Source: Macrostomum lignano
Taxonomy: Eukaryota
Direction of reading: 5' to 3'
NCBI GenBank assembly: GCA_002269645.1
Contig: NIVC01005086.1
Span: forward strand, 1 to 26,655
DNA: 26,655 nucleotides
In this document: piece after piece, positions 10,057 to 19,544 of the stretch
How the letters are laid out: every line of letters starts with the position of its first letter
Position numbering within the stretch: position 1 is the stretch's first letter
Translations under genes and position numbers: made by a program
Notes under the pieces: generated by a model
The model's input: only the letters and a program-made list of their open reading frames with translations
Databases searched by the model: none
Told to the model about the DNA's origin: nothing

Positions 10057-13000
10057 ATGCAGAGGCCTGATATTCGAAGTTTTTTAAAAAGACCTAGCTC
10101 AGACCCGCGAGAAGATGAAGGTCCAGGCGAAAAAACCGATAGCCAGGCGAAAAGGCATAAGGATCAACCAAGCGCCATCTCTACGATTGCGGATCAGGAG
10201 TCTGAACAGGATGCTCAACTGACTGGCTCTGAAACAAATTTTCCTGGCACTCCTGTTCTAGTTGAGACAGCTACCGCTGCCACTGCCACAGAGTCAGCCT
10301 CAGACAGTAGAACGATTGAGCAACCTTCTTCGAAGGCCCGTGTGATATTTCCCAGAATAAGGACGATCCACCCTTGTCAGCCATTTTTGCGGAACTACCC
10401 AAAATCAGTTGGAACTTCAGGCGGTAAGTGGACAGTTATTTACATAATACTGTTTGTGCTAATGGTTACTAGTGGCTAGTGCTAGTGGCTAAGGCTAGCT
10501 ATACTGATATAGACGTATTTTTTAAAAGTTATTTGTAAAAATCCTCCACAGGAACGGATAAGGCAAAGCAAAAGTCCCGTTCATTTCAATTCTCGTGGTT
10601 TGAGACTTACAAGTGGCTTGAGTATTCGCAAATGAAGGATTCTGCTTATTGCTTTCTCTGCCGCCACTTCGCGCCTCAATCTATGCAAGAAGAGCCATCT
10701 TTTACTACTCAGGGATTCCGCAACTGGAAAAATGCTCAGTGTCAGGATGCAGGCTTTAAAAAGCATGCCCGCTCTCATTGCCACTGTTTAGCAATGCAAG
10801 CATGGTGTGACTACAAAGTAATGAAAGACACTGAAGGAACTGTATTGAAACAGCTTGATGCTACGTACAAAGCTAAGGTAGCTGAGAACAGGCACTTCAT
10901 TAAGTGTGTAGGAGAAGTATTACTTCTTACAGCAACTCAAAACATCGCCCAAAGGGGGCATCGCGAGAATGATGAGCAAGTAAATCCTGGAAACTTCAAA
11001 GCATTATTGAAGCTGATTGGCAGGCACGACGAAATAATAAAGAAGAAGATATCTGAACAGAAGAAGAATGCAAAGTATACGAGTGACACAATTCAAAATG
11101 AAGTTATTAACATTCTGGCAGACATGGTCCGTGATGTTGTTGTAAACGACATCCAAGAAGCCAAATATTTTTCTGTGATTGTACGTAGATGAGGCCAAGG
11201 ATATTTCTAAGGTTGAAATGATCTCCTTAATCATTCGTTTCTACAAGCATTCAGAAGGAGTGCAGGAAGTCTTTATGGAATTTAAACCTGCTTCAGGACT
11301 ATCTGCCCAATCACTTGCTAACTCACTAGTAGAAAGCCTTCAGAAATATGGCCTAGACACCGGATTTCTAGTTGGCCAAGGCTATGATGGAGCCTCAGTG
11401 ATGAGCGGAGTTCATAATGGGCTCCAAAAGCTGATTCGAGACAAGTCGGAACTCGCAATTTACGTACACTGCTATGCACACTGCCTGAATCTGTCTTGTT
11501 GATGCTTGCAAATCAGTGCCCGAGATTGAGGACTTCTTTTCTCTTGTGCAGAAGCTCTACTGTTTTATGTAAAACTCAGTTGTTCATCCTTAGTTTATTG
11601 ACCACCAGAAGAAACTCTATGTTGGAAAGCCAGCCTTAGAGCTTCAGCGCCTCTCAGACACGAGATGGGCCTGCAGAGAGAAGGCGTGCAACAATGTAAC
11701 GATATATACCGATTTTTTTCGGCAGCAATTGCGTAAGCTGAAGCCGCGTAGCGGCTGAAGCTTAGTAGAGCAATTGCTGCCGAAAAAAATCGGTACATGT
11801 CATTATTGTACCTTTTGACTTCCCTTGTCTATGGCCCAGACATAGTGCGGATGCTGAGTATGAAATGCGATTGTTGCCGGAATGCGCTTTGAAAGGGTTG
11901 TAGAGATAATCAATCGTCTATGGCAAATTTAGTTGCTCTCTAAATGAAAGGGTTGTAGAGATAATTATCGTTTATGGCAAATTTAAAGGACAGTGAAGAC
12001 AGCTAGCCTGGCTGCCATGAGTTAATTCTCAAGTTGATTTTGAGCTTGAATTAATTCTCCTATTCGGAGTGCAAATAGGAAAAGTAGCTATGATTCGCTA
12101 CGCAAACATTCCTGGCGGAGAAATATGTGGACTCTCCACGGACGAGTTGGCTTTTGTCACCCGAGAGTCGAGCACGCGCTACGTTCTGGAGATGGACAAC
12201 CTCCAGCTTGTCTGGCTGCCTATGGGTCCAAAGTCACCAAGATTGACGACGATGCGGAATCCACCATCGAAAGTGTGACAACTGGGTCTGATAGAGGCGA
12301 GCTGATGAAAGCACCCGAGGGCGGCCAAGACCTGCCGAGAAGCCTCTGTGGTGGTCAGTTCCACAACTGCACATTCAACTTTTACGGAAAGTAAAACAAT
12401 TGATTCGATCGGTTTGTTCTTAAGAACTTTTTGTGACTATGAAACACTTTCGCCGTGTTGCTATTGTTGTTCCTTGTTTTGATAGCCAAATACATTCGTC
12501 TGAAATCCGGCAACAATCGAAAAAAGCCGACAAACAATTAAATTGTTACCGCAAGTATGAATGCCGGAAACCATAGACAAAAGGGAACAATATTCGTAAT
12601 CGTATTGGCGCGATTCTCTCCGTTTTAAAAGAAATTAAGGAGCAGGACTCCGGAGATTGTGTTGTTGAAGCCACTGGAATTTTAGCTCAGTTGACCCGAA
12701 GCTTCGTACTAAGGCTAGTTCTCATGTGCGAAATTCTGACTCGCACAAAGGCACTATCGGATTTCCTTCAACAAAAAGATTTAGACCTTGCTTCTGCTGT
12801 TGATTTGGCACAGTCAACAATCACCGAATTCCAAACTTTGCGCGACAGCAACGAATTCTTAGAGAAAGTATTTCTGGACTCCCAGCAGTTAGGTAATGAG
12901 TGGAATATACCTGAGCCAGAACCGAACAGACGAACAAAACGCCCAAATAAGCGCTTCGATCAGTTTGTAACTTTTTAAAGGGATCATGTCGCTCAGCGCA

Positions 13001-13559
13001 ACTCTGAATTTGGAGCAAACGGATTTCGAATTAATGTATATCTACCGGTGATCGACTGCCTATTGTCGGAAATGCGACGAAGATTTGACCATGAAACAGC
13101 TGTTCTCTATAAGGGAATTGGTTCTCTAAAGCCAAACTCGGACTGTTTTTTGGACGCTTCACAGCTGGAGGATTTAGGAGGCCTATAAAATGTGACCAAG
13201 AGTTCCTGAAACTTGAGGTCATTCAAGTAAAGCGTCTGATTGAGAGAAAGGGCGATGGCAGCTTGACTGATTTAAAAGCATTTGCTGAGATGTTGCACCC
13301 ATTCAGAGAGGTTTTCCCTGAGTTGTACAAGCTTCTCATCATATGCTTGACAATTCCAGTAACAACAGCATCAGCAGAGCGCAGTTTTTCCAAAATGCGC
13401 CTGATCAAGACGTACTTGAGAAGTCGAATGTCATCTTCTCGACTTTCGAATCTGGCTCTTTTGTCGATTGAAAACGAGCGAGCATCAATAATTGATCTTG
13501 ACTGTTTTGTTGATGAATTTGCGTCTGCCCATTCTAATAGGCGAATAAGTCTTACATGA
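10057..13559 (+). pseudogene. Decayed hAT transposase (ZMYM1-like: TTF-type Zn finger, DUF4371-type region, hAT C-terminal dimerisation domain)
   Basis: Intron 10424-10551 (GT-AG). Motifs SRSFQFSWFETYKWLEYS..DSAYCFLCRHF, SVIV/DEAKDIS, GQGYDGASVMSG, YVHCYAHCLNL, LSDTRW and PVTTASAERSFSKMRLIKTYLRS. Several frameshifts and stops, plus an 890-bp insertion. Confidence 0.92.
11696..12585 (+). mobile_element. 890-bp insertion in the transposase; possible non-autonomous Crypton (tyrosine recombinase) derivative
   Basis: Flanked by AACAAT (11690-11695, 12586-12591); removal restores REKACNNIRNRIGAILSVLKEI. Contains ORF remnants CGLSTDELAFVTRESSTRYV and GQFHNCTFNFYGK*, resembling a Crypton recombinase C-terminus. 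Insertion certain, family tentative. Confidence 0.6.
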
Positions 13560-14021
13560 TTTTATGACTTATTTTGCTCGCTAAGACAATTTACATTTGC
13601 TACGGCCACTTGACTAATGTATGTACATGTATAGTATTACAGTATATGTATGTTGCTTTTGCGTTTTTATTCTGTACATACTTCATTTATGTACGTTACA
13701 TTACTTGTCATTTTTCACTTCATTGTCATTGCTACTAATTGCAACCTGTTTCATGTATCGTTCAAAGGTATATGAATGTACGTGTATGCACATTGATCGA
13801 ATTAGCTAATTTGTTTTAAATTATGTATATATATCTATTAAATAATATGTATATATGCATGCATTCACGTTAAGTTCTGTTGTTATGTATGTATGGTGAT
13901 TGTGATGAAGTGGGTGGTAAAGTGTTACTGTAAATTCATATTCAAGTTCATTCTACGCTGACGTGTTTTCACTAAACCTATCATCGATCATCAAATGTAC
14001 TTTATGCACCATGCACGCATA

Positions 14022-14325
14022 CTCAGCAAGACAAGTGTCCCCATCCGTTTCTCAGGAGAATTTTGTCTCTCAGTTGAGTGGCGAATTGATCCAACAGTTC
14101 GACCATAGACAAATTACAATTGCAAAAACTGTCTATCAGACTCTATCTTAGTACTCGATGTATCTCAATGCGCATACATGTATCAGAATAAATGTCTGTG
14201 GCCCAGAGTCTCCAATTTGTCACCAAGGACAACTTGATAACTGTTATCAAGTTGTCCTTGTTTGTCACTCAAACAGAGAGATGAAATTCTGTCAAGAGAA
14301 GTGTGGACAATTTTGTCTTGCTGGG
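14022..14325. mobile_element. MITE (304 bp) with TA duplication, nested in the hAT
   Basis: TA|CTCAGCAAGACAA...TTGTCTTGCTGGG|TA; 13-bp TIR with 1 mismatch, imperfectly extended to ~60 bp; no coding capacity. Confidence 0.75.
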
Positions 14326-14511
14326 TATATATATGTTTTCTATTATTAATGAGGCCATTGAAAAATGCATCAAAAATTTTAAACGTCGGCGTTTCTTACT
14401 TTTTATAATAATGATGGTTCAATGTGTAGTAAATGCATGAAATCTTCCGATGGAGTAACCAACGGAGTTTTTTGACGAGAATCTGCTGGAAAAAGTAACA
14501 TGCATGCATTC

Positions 14512-17120
14512 TTCTTCTTCGGGCGTGCTCGGGCCAGGGCCCATGGCACCGGGCGTCAGATGGCGCCCGCCTTCCCGAGGAAGTTCAACACCGCGACGCA
14601 GTTCTCGAAAACTGCCGCGGGCTCCGGGCTTGGCCCCCAGAGGCGGCAGCGGTGTGATGTCAGGGCGGGGCAGGAGATCAGCAGATGGGCCGCCGTCTCC
14701 TCTCCATCGCCACAGAAGCGGCAGGTGGGGGCCACGTCAACGCCGATGGCGGCCTGGAAGCCCCGCAGGGCCGGGCAGCGGTCGGCGCGCAGCTGGCAGA
14801 TCAGCCGCTCCTGCCGCCGCGTGAGGTCGCTTGTCGGCTGAGGCGGCAGGCGGCCCGCCGTGCAGGCAAGGTGCCAGGCAAGCGAGCTCGTGCTCGCCGC
14901 CTCGGTGGCCGCCGCGTTGTAGATCTGGTGCCAGCGGGCGAGGCAGTAGCGGCGGACGGCAGCCTGCGCGGCAGCTAGCGGTACGGGCGCGGTGCCTTGC
15001 GCCAGCGTGGTGCCTTGCTTGGCGATCTCGTCCACGGCCTCGTTGCCTGGGATTCCCGCGTGGCCAGGCACCCACTGCAGGTGGACCGAGGTTCCCCGGG
15101 CCGCGAGGTCGGCGAGGCTGCCCCAGACGGCGTCGATCATGGTGGCGCCCGTCGACCCGGGGCCGGACGCGAGCGCGCTAAGCGCGCTCAGGGAGTCGGA
15201 GCAGATGCGGACCGGCGACAGCTCTGCCGGGTCCGGGGCCGCGAGCACCCACCGAAGGGCCTCAGCGATGGCCACTAACTCGGCGTGGAAGCTGGACGTC
15301 ACATGGCCAGCAGCGACGCACAGCGTCGTGTTGGGCTCGACCAGGACGCCACTGCCGCCGTCCAGGATGCCGTCCTTCGCCGCTCCGTCGGTCCAGATCA
15401 CGGTGCTGGCGGGCGGCAGGGCGACAAGTGTCTGCTGCGCCGCGGCTCTCCGGGCCTCCGGCAGGTCCCCCCGCGAGGTTGGGGAGGCCAACTGCAGCCC
15501 GAGGGTGACAGAGTCCAGAACAGCCCAGGGAGGTGTCGTCGGGATAGCGTGGACGGGCTCTCGCGGGAAGCCGCTCAGGCCCGCAGCGCTGCATACACTG
15601 GCCGCCGTCTCGCGCCAGCCGCGGGCGCTTTGGAGGCGGCGGCGCGGGCCGACGCTGGCCGCGCAGGCGCGCAGCGGGTTGTCATGCGGCAGCCGGAGGG
15701 CGCGCTCGTGGAGGAGGCCAGCGTGCATCTCCGCGCGGACTGCCATCGGCGGCAATCCAGCCTCGCGCTCCAGCACCTCCGACCTGGTGTTCCGTGGACA
15801 CCCGGTGATGATGCGCGCGCCCAGGCGCTGGGCCCGGTCCAGGTGGTCGATAGCTGTCCTGCAGGCCGTCGGCATCCAGGCGCCGGCAGCGTACTCCAGC
15901 ACCGGCCGCACATAGGCCGTGTAGAGCTGGCGCACGTCGCTCTGCTTGGCGCCCCAGTTGCTGCCAGACAGCGCCGCCAGAACGCCGCAGCGGGCGCGGG
16001 CGCGGCCGGCGACGTTGGCGGCGTGCGCCGTGAAGCTGAGCAGCCGGTCCAGGATGACGCCGAGGAAGCGCGGCTGGCGGTCCGTCGAGAGCGGGGCGTC
16101 GTTCAGCCGCAGACGCAGCTCACGGCTGGCCTCTCCGGCGGTGGTGGTGAACAGGGAAGCGGCGCACTTGTTCGGCGCCAGCTCCATCCGCCACTCGTTC
16201 GCCCAGTCGGAGACCGCGTCGATCGCAGCCTGCGCCTTCGTCTCGGCCTCTTCCACGGTCAGGCCTTGCACTGCGATGGCCAGGTCGTCGGCGTAGAGGA
16301 ACGGCGTGCAGTCGGACGGCAGGTGGTCAGGCAGGTCGTTGATGTACAGCGCAAAGAGCAGAGGGGCAAGGACACTCCCCTGTGGCAGGCCCTCGCGGAA
16401 GAGCCGCCAGCTGCTCAGCGCGCCGTCCACCCTGACGGCAGCGCGGCGATCGGCCAGGAAGCTGCTGACCCAGCGGACCCCGGCCGCTGGGATGCCGGCG
16501 TTGTGCAGCTTGTGCAGCAGGCCCTGCTTCCAGACGGTGTCGTACGCCCGCCGGAAGTCGAACAGGACGACGACCGTCCGCCTGGCGGGGGCCGCCTGGT
16601 GGCCGTCGCTGATGAGCTGGGTGAGCCGGGCAATCTGGTCCTCGGTGCTGCGCCGCTTGCGGAAGCCGGCTTGGGCGGGGTGCAGCAGGTGCCGGGACTC
16701 GGCCCACCAGTAGAGCCGCGCTTGAACCAGACGCTCGGCCAGCTTGGCCAGAGTGGAGGTAAGGGCAATCGGCCGGTATGAGCCGATCTCGTCGGCCGGC
16801 TTGCCCTTCTTGAGGATCGGCACGATGTGGGCACGGCGCCACGCCGCGGGGACCTCCCCCTGGGTCCAGGACGCGTTGATCAGCTGCAGGACCGCCCGGC
16901 GGCCAGCGGCACCGAGGTGCTGCAGATGTTCAGCGCAGATCTCATCGGGTCCTGGGGCCTTCCTGGCCGGGAGGGAGTGGAGAGCCCTGTCCAGCTCGCG
17001 GTGCGAGAACGGCTTTCCAAAGTCTCTGCTCCCAGGCTGTCGGCGCCGGCTCGCGAAACGCTGCTGCGGATGTTCTCGCGGCGGAGGTCTCGCGTCCTGC
17101 GGTCTTGCGGGAGGCGGCTG
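14512..17120 (-). mobile_element. 5'-truncated non-LTR retrotransposon (I-group-like, RT + RNase H + CCHC), nested in the hAT
   Basis: 14-bp TSD ACATGCATGCATTC (14498-14511, 17121-17134), ~35-nt 3'UTR, (GAA)n tail; much GC-richer than its flanks. Confidence 0.93.
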
Positions 17121-17132
17121 ACATGCATGCAT
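14556..17132 (-). CDS. Reverse transcriptase-RNase H-zinc knuckle ORF (858 aa) of the LINE; no endonuclease domain
   Basis: KAPGPD, YRPIALTS, QAGFR, GLPQGSVLAP, YADD, FLGV; RNase H IWTDG..ELVAI..SDS..WVPGHAGIPGNEAVD; C-terminal CRFCGDGEETAAHLLISC. Confidence 0.92.
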   Translation of the reverse strand: MHACQPPPARPQDARPPPREHPQQRFASRRRQPGSRDFGKPFSHRELDRALHSLPARKAPGPDEICAEHLQHLGAAGRRAVLQLINASWTQGEVPAAWRRAHIVPILKKGKPADEIGSYRPIALTSTLAKLAERLVQARLYWWAESRHLLHPAQAGFRKRRSTEDQIARLTQLISDGHQAAPARRTVVVLFDFRRAYDTVWKQGLLHKLHNAGIPAAGVRWVSSFLADRRAAVRVDGALSSWRLFREGLPQGSVLAPLLFALYINDLPDHLPSDCTPFLYADDLAIAVQGLTVEEAETKAQAAIDAVSDWANEWRMELAPNKCAASLFTTTAGEASRELRLRLNDAPLSTDRQPRFLGVILDRLLSFTAHAANVAGRARARCGVLAALSGSNWGAKQSDVRQLYTAYVRPVLEYAAGAWMPTACRTAIDHLDRAQRLGARIITGCPRNTRSEVLEREAGLPPMAVRAEMHAGLLHERALRLPHDNPLRACAASVGPRRRLQSARGWRETAASVCSAAGLSGFPREPVHAIPTTPPWAVLDSVTLGLQLASPTSRGDLPEARRAAAQQTLVALPPASTVIWTDGAAKDGILDGGSGVLVEPNTTLCVAAGHVTSSFHAELVAIAEALRWVLAAPDPAELSPVRICSDSLSALSALASGPGSTGATMIDAVWGSLADLAARGTSVHLQWVPGHAGIPGNEAVDEIAKQGTTLAQGTAPVPLAAAQAAVRRYCLARWHQIYNAAATEAASTSSLAWHLACTAGRLPPQPTSDLTRRQERLICQLRADRCPALRGFQAAIGVDVAPTCRFCGDGEETAAHLLISCPALTSHRCRLWGPSPEPAAVFENCVAVLNFLGKAGAI

Positions 17133-17607
17133 TCGTGTTTAAAGTCTTCCAATTACAAAACTAAACAACTTGACAAAGCAAAAAATATTCAAAAGCATTT
17201 TCTTGGGCAAAAAAACAAGAACCATTTAGTGATTTAGAATGTTCGTTTTTCTTAAATTAACTAAACAATTGCAATCATTCATTGCGAGGTATTTTTGGAT
17301 GTCATTTTTGCTTTTCGATGAAAATTTTCTCTTTACAATACTCGTAATTAAAAAACGTACACTCTATTTGAGATGTTGCCCCTTCAGTTTTTACTGGGCC
17401 CCAACTGGGCCCCCCCATCCTGAAACCTCTGGACGCGCCCCTGCTTGAAATACAATGCTTTAAACAATGAAACTGACAAAATCTTTTAACATTGATTTTT
17501 CAAATAACTGACTTGAGCTTCGGGATATATTTATAACAATTTCTTGTGAACAATTCTGCAGGCTACTCGTTTTTTAAAACGTTATTTAATTTGAATAAGA
17601 CTGTTAT

Positions 17608-18091
17608 TTAAAAAGCACATGTAGATGTATAGCAATCGATCTTCAAATCAAATGATCGTTTAGAAACATCTTGAATAAAGTGCGCTAAAATGAAGAACAA
17701 TACAATGCAGTTTGCACAAGGACAATCAAAACTGTCCAGCATTGCTACTGCAGGTGTGCACTGCTGCTCCAATTGCCAGGCCAATAGATCTACAATCGAC
17801 TGGTTGAGGAGTTTTAGCTATAATTTCGAGGAATAGTTAATTGCATTCGATAATTCAATATATACAGCAGAAAACATTTTGCGAATCAAAAATTATAATA
17901 ATAAGTGCGGGATTCACCTGTATTCCTTCCTGGAAAGAGCTCGTATTGACCCAGTCTAACTGCAATTCTCTAATCAATTTCTCTCGTTTATCATCAGTTC
18001 GCATCCGAATGATGTTTGCTTGTAGATACGGCTTTTCGACATCCTCGTCACCTTCCCGTGTAGTTGAGACGCATCTCAGAACAAGCGACAT
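17608..18091 (-). CDS. Candidate two-exon gene of unknown function, complement(join(17608..17817,17918..18091)), 127 aa
   Basis: ATG at 18091, donor CAG|GTGAAT (17917), acceptor ttatag (17818-17820), phase-0 join, then 69 further open codons in AT-rich DNA. No family recognised. Confidence 0.3.
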
Positions 18092-18339
18092 CTCACGCAA
18101 GTAAGCGCAGAATTGGCACGCTGGGCGTAAATTGAGAAAACTACAGCGTTTTTTAATGCGCAGATCGTTTCTAAAACTAATTCTGATGTAAAAATATATT
18201 ACTACGTATCGCGCCAAATGTCGTTGATTTTTAGGCAGATTTGACGCAAAAAACGCAAATTATACTACTATCTGAAAAATGAAGTAAGTAGTATATGAAA
18301 ACGCTATTCTAAGCGTGATATACTTCAATATAGTATATA

Positions 18340-18600
18340 GTATATGTACATTAATCCATGTACTCGCATATGCACATTAATCCTATGTACTGCATTAATC
18401 CCTACATGTATCTATCTCAAATTGTATATGTACATGTCTACTTCTATGTCTATCCCCCCAATTCTACATGTACATTGTCAACTTGTACAGTGCATACTCT
18501 ACATGTACACTTGTACATTAAGCTATACTTCTATGACAATTTCTATATGTACAGTGTCCCACATTAATCCCCAATCTACACGACGGTCCGCGCTCTCTGC
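18340..18600. repeat. Low-complexity region rich in TACATGTA/TGTACA and ACATTAATCC motifs
   Basis: Four (A/G)CATTAATCC copies and many TACATGTA/TGTACA words. Confidence 0.5.
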
Positions 18601-19180
18601 GCGCTATTTGAATCGCCAACCCCACAAGATTACATGTACAATTCCAACTCGAAACACTACGTGTGTACAGTATGAGCAGAGGTGAGAATTGGTGTAGACG
18701 CGCTGTACAATCCCATCTACTACTATTAATAAATGAGTCAACTAACTGTGTAGCTCACATCGTATATAAACTATTTACAAAGATATATTTACAATAAATC
18801 AGTAGCATATTTCAGGAAATAATTTATGTACAGCATCACCAGCGAGTAGAATATACGGAAAATTTTACATTGTTTTTCAATAATTTTCTTTTCATAAATG
18901 ATTTTAAACAAGTTTGACACGCAAAATATGTACAATAGATTTTTACATTGGCAATTTCGCCGCATACAATACAAAAATGCTTTATGTACATTGACATGCA
19001 AATTATTGTACAACAAATAGATTTTTACTCTGATAATTTTAGCAATACAAAAATGTACATTTAATAGTCAGTCACAAGGACTACTACATTATTTATAACC
19101 ATAAGGCCTGCTGCAGGCCTCGTACACGCGTTTCGTCAGGACGCGCTGAAACGTCTTGTCCATACTAACAGTGTGTATGG

Positions 19181-19544
19181 GGGCCGTAGCCCAGCGGTAG
19201 CGCAGCTGCTCTGGTGTGCCAGCGACCCAGGCTCGATTCCAAGTGCAGTCACATTAATTTAGGGCTGAATTGGAATCTCGGCTTGGCTTCTGCTCGTGCA
19301 ATTAACGGCCTTGAGAGCCAACCCCCCCCCCCCAAGGCGCAGTGAAGTGTACATGCCTAACGATAAATAAAGTTAGGGCCGCTGTACACTCCTGTGTGAG
19401 TGTGTGCCTGCCTACGTATCCGCGCGCTTGTATGCCTGCTCAGGGGAGTCGGCGGAATGGGCAGTAATGCCTCTCGCCGGTTGTGTGCCTATGTCGCTTA
19501 AAGTGCGCCAGGGTGCACACAACCCCCCTGCCCCTAATAAAAAA
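19181..19544 (+). mobile_element. tRNA-derived SINE (364 bp) inserted in the last PolB exon
   Basis: A-box TAGCCCAGCGG (19187-19197), B-box-like GGCTCGATTCC (19230-19240), A-rich tail, 14-bp TSD AACAGTGTGTATGG (19167-19180, 19545-19558). Removal restores CTIHTVSMDKTFQRVLTKRVY. Confidence 0.9.

Larger units (their letters stand above)
9393..17443 (+). mobile_element. hAT-superfamily DNA transposon with both ends (8051 bp including nested insertions)
   Basis: TIRs CAGTGGCGCGTCCA (9393-9406) and the reverse complement of TGGACGCGCCCCTG (17430-17443), 13/14 match. 8-bp TSD CTTGAAAT at 9385-9392 and 17444-17451. Internal hAT transposase. Confidence 0.95.

Noticed and set aside
10330-10380. Apparent compensating frameshifts in transposase exon 1 (GPCDISQNKDDPPCQP in another frame)
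   Set aside because: Single-base indels near short homopolymers; indistinguishable from decay or assembly error.
14500-17237. Many overlapping ORFs, including the 498-aa plus-strand ORF 15285-16781
   Set aside because: Shadow frames of the very GC-rich LINE ORF; no motifs.
17760-17980. Faint likeness of LIRELQLDWVN...IVD...QLEQ to the GINS subunit Sld5 N-terminus
   Set aside because: The conserved E-x-x-(S/A)PELL segment is missing; likely coincidental.
18261-18724. AGTAGT (18287-18292) and ACTACT (18719-18724) as Polinton termini
   Set aside because: Hexamers are common in this AT-rich tract; no partner TIR or 6-bp TSD in the window.
19179-19253. Possible tRNA gene
   Set aside because: No canonical anticodon arm or acceptor stem, variant B-box, and it heads a TSD-flanked, A-tailed SINE.
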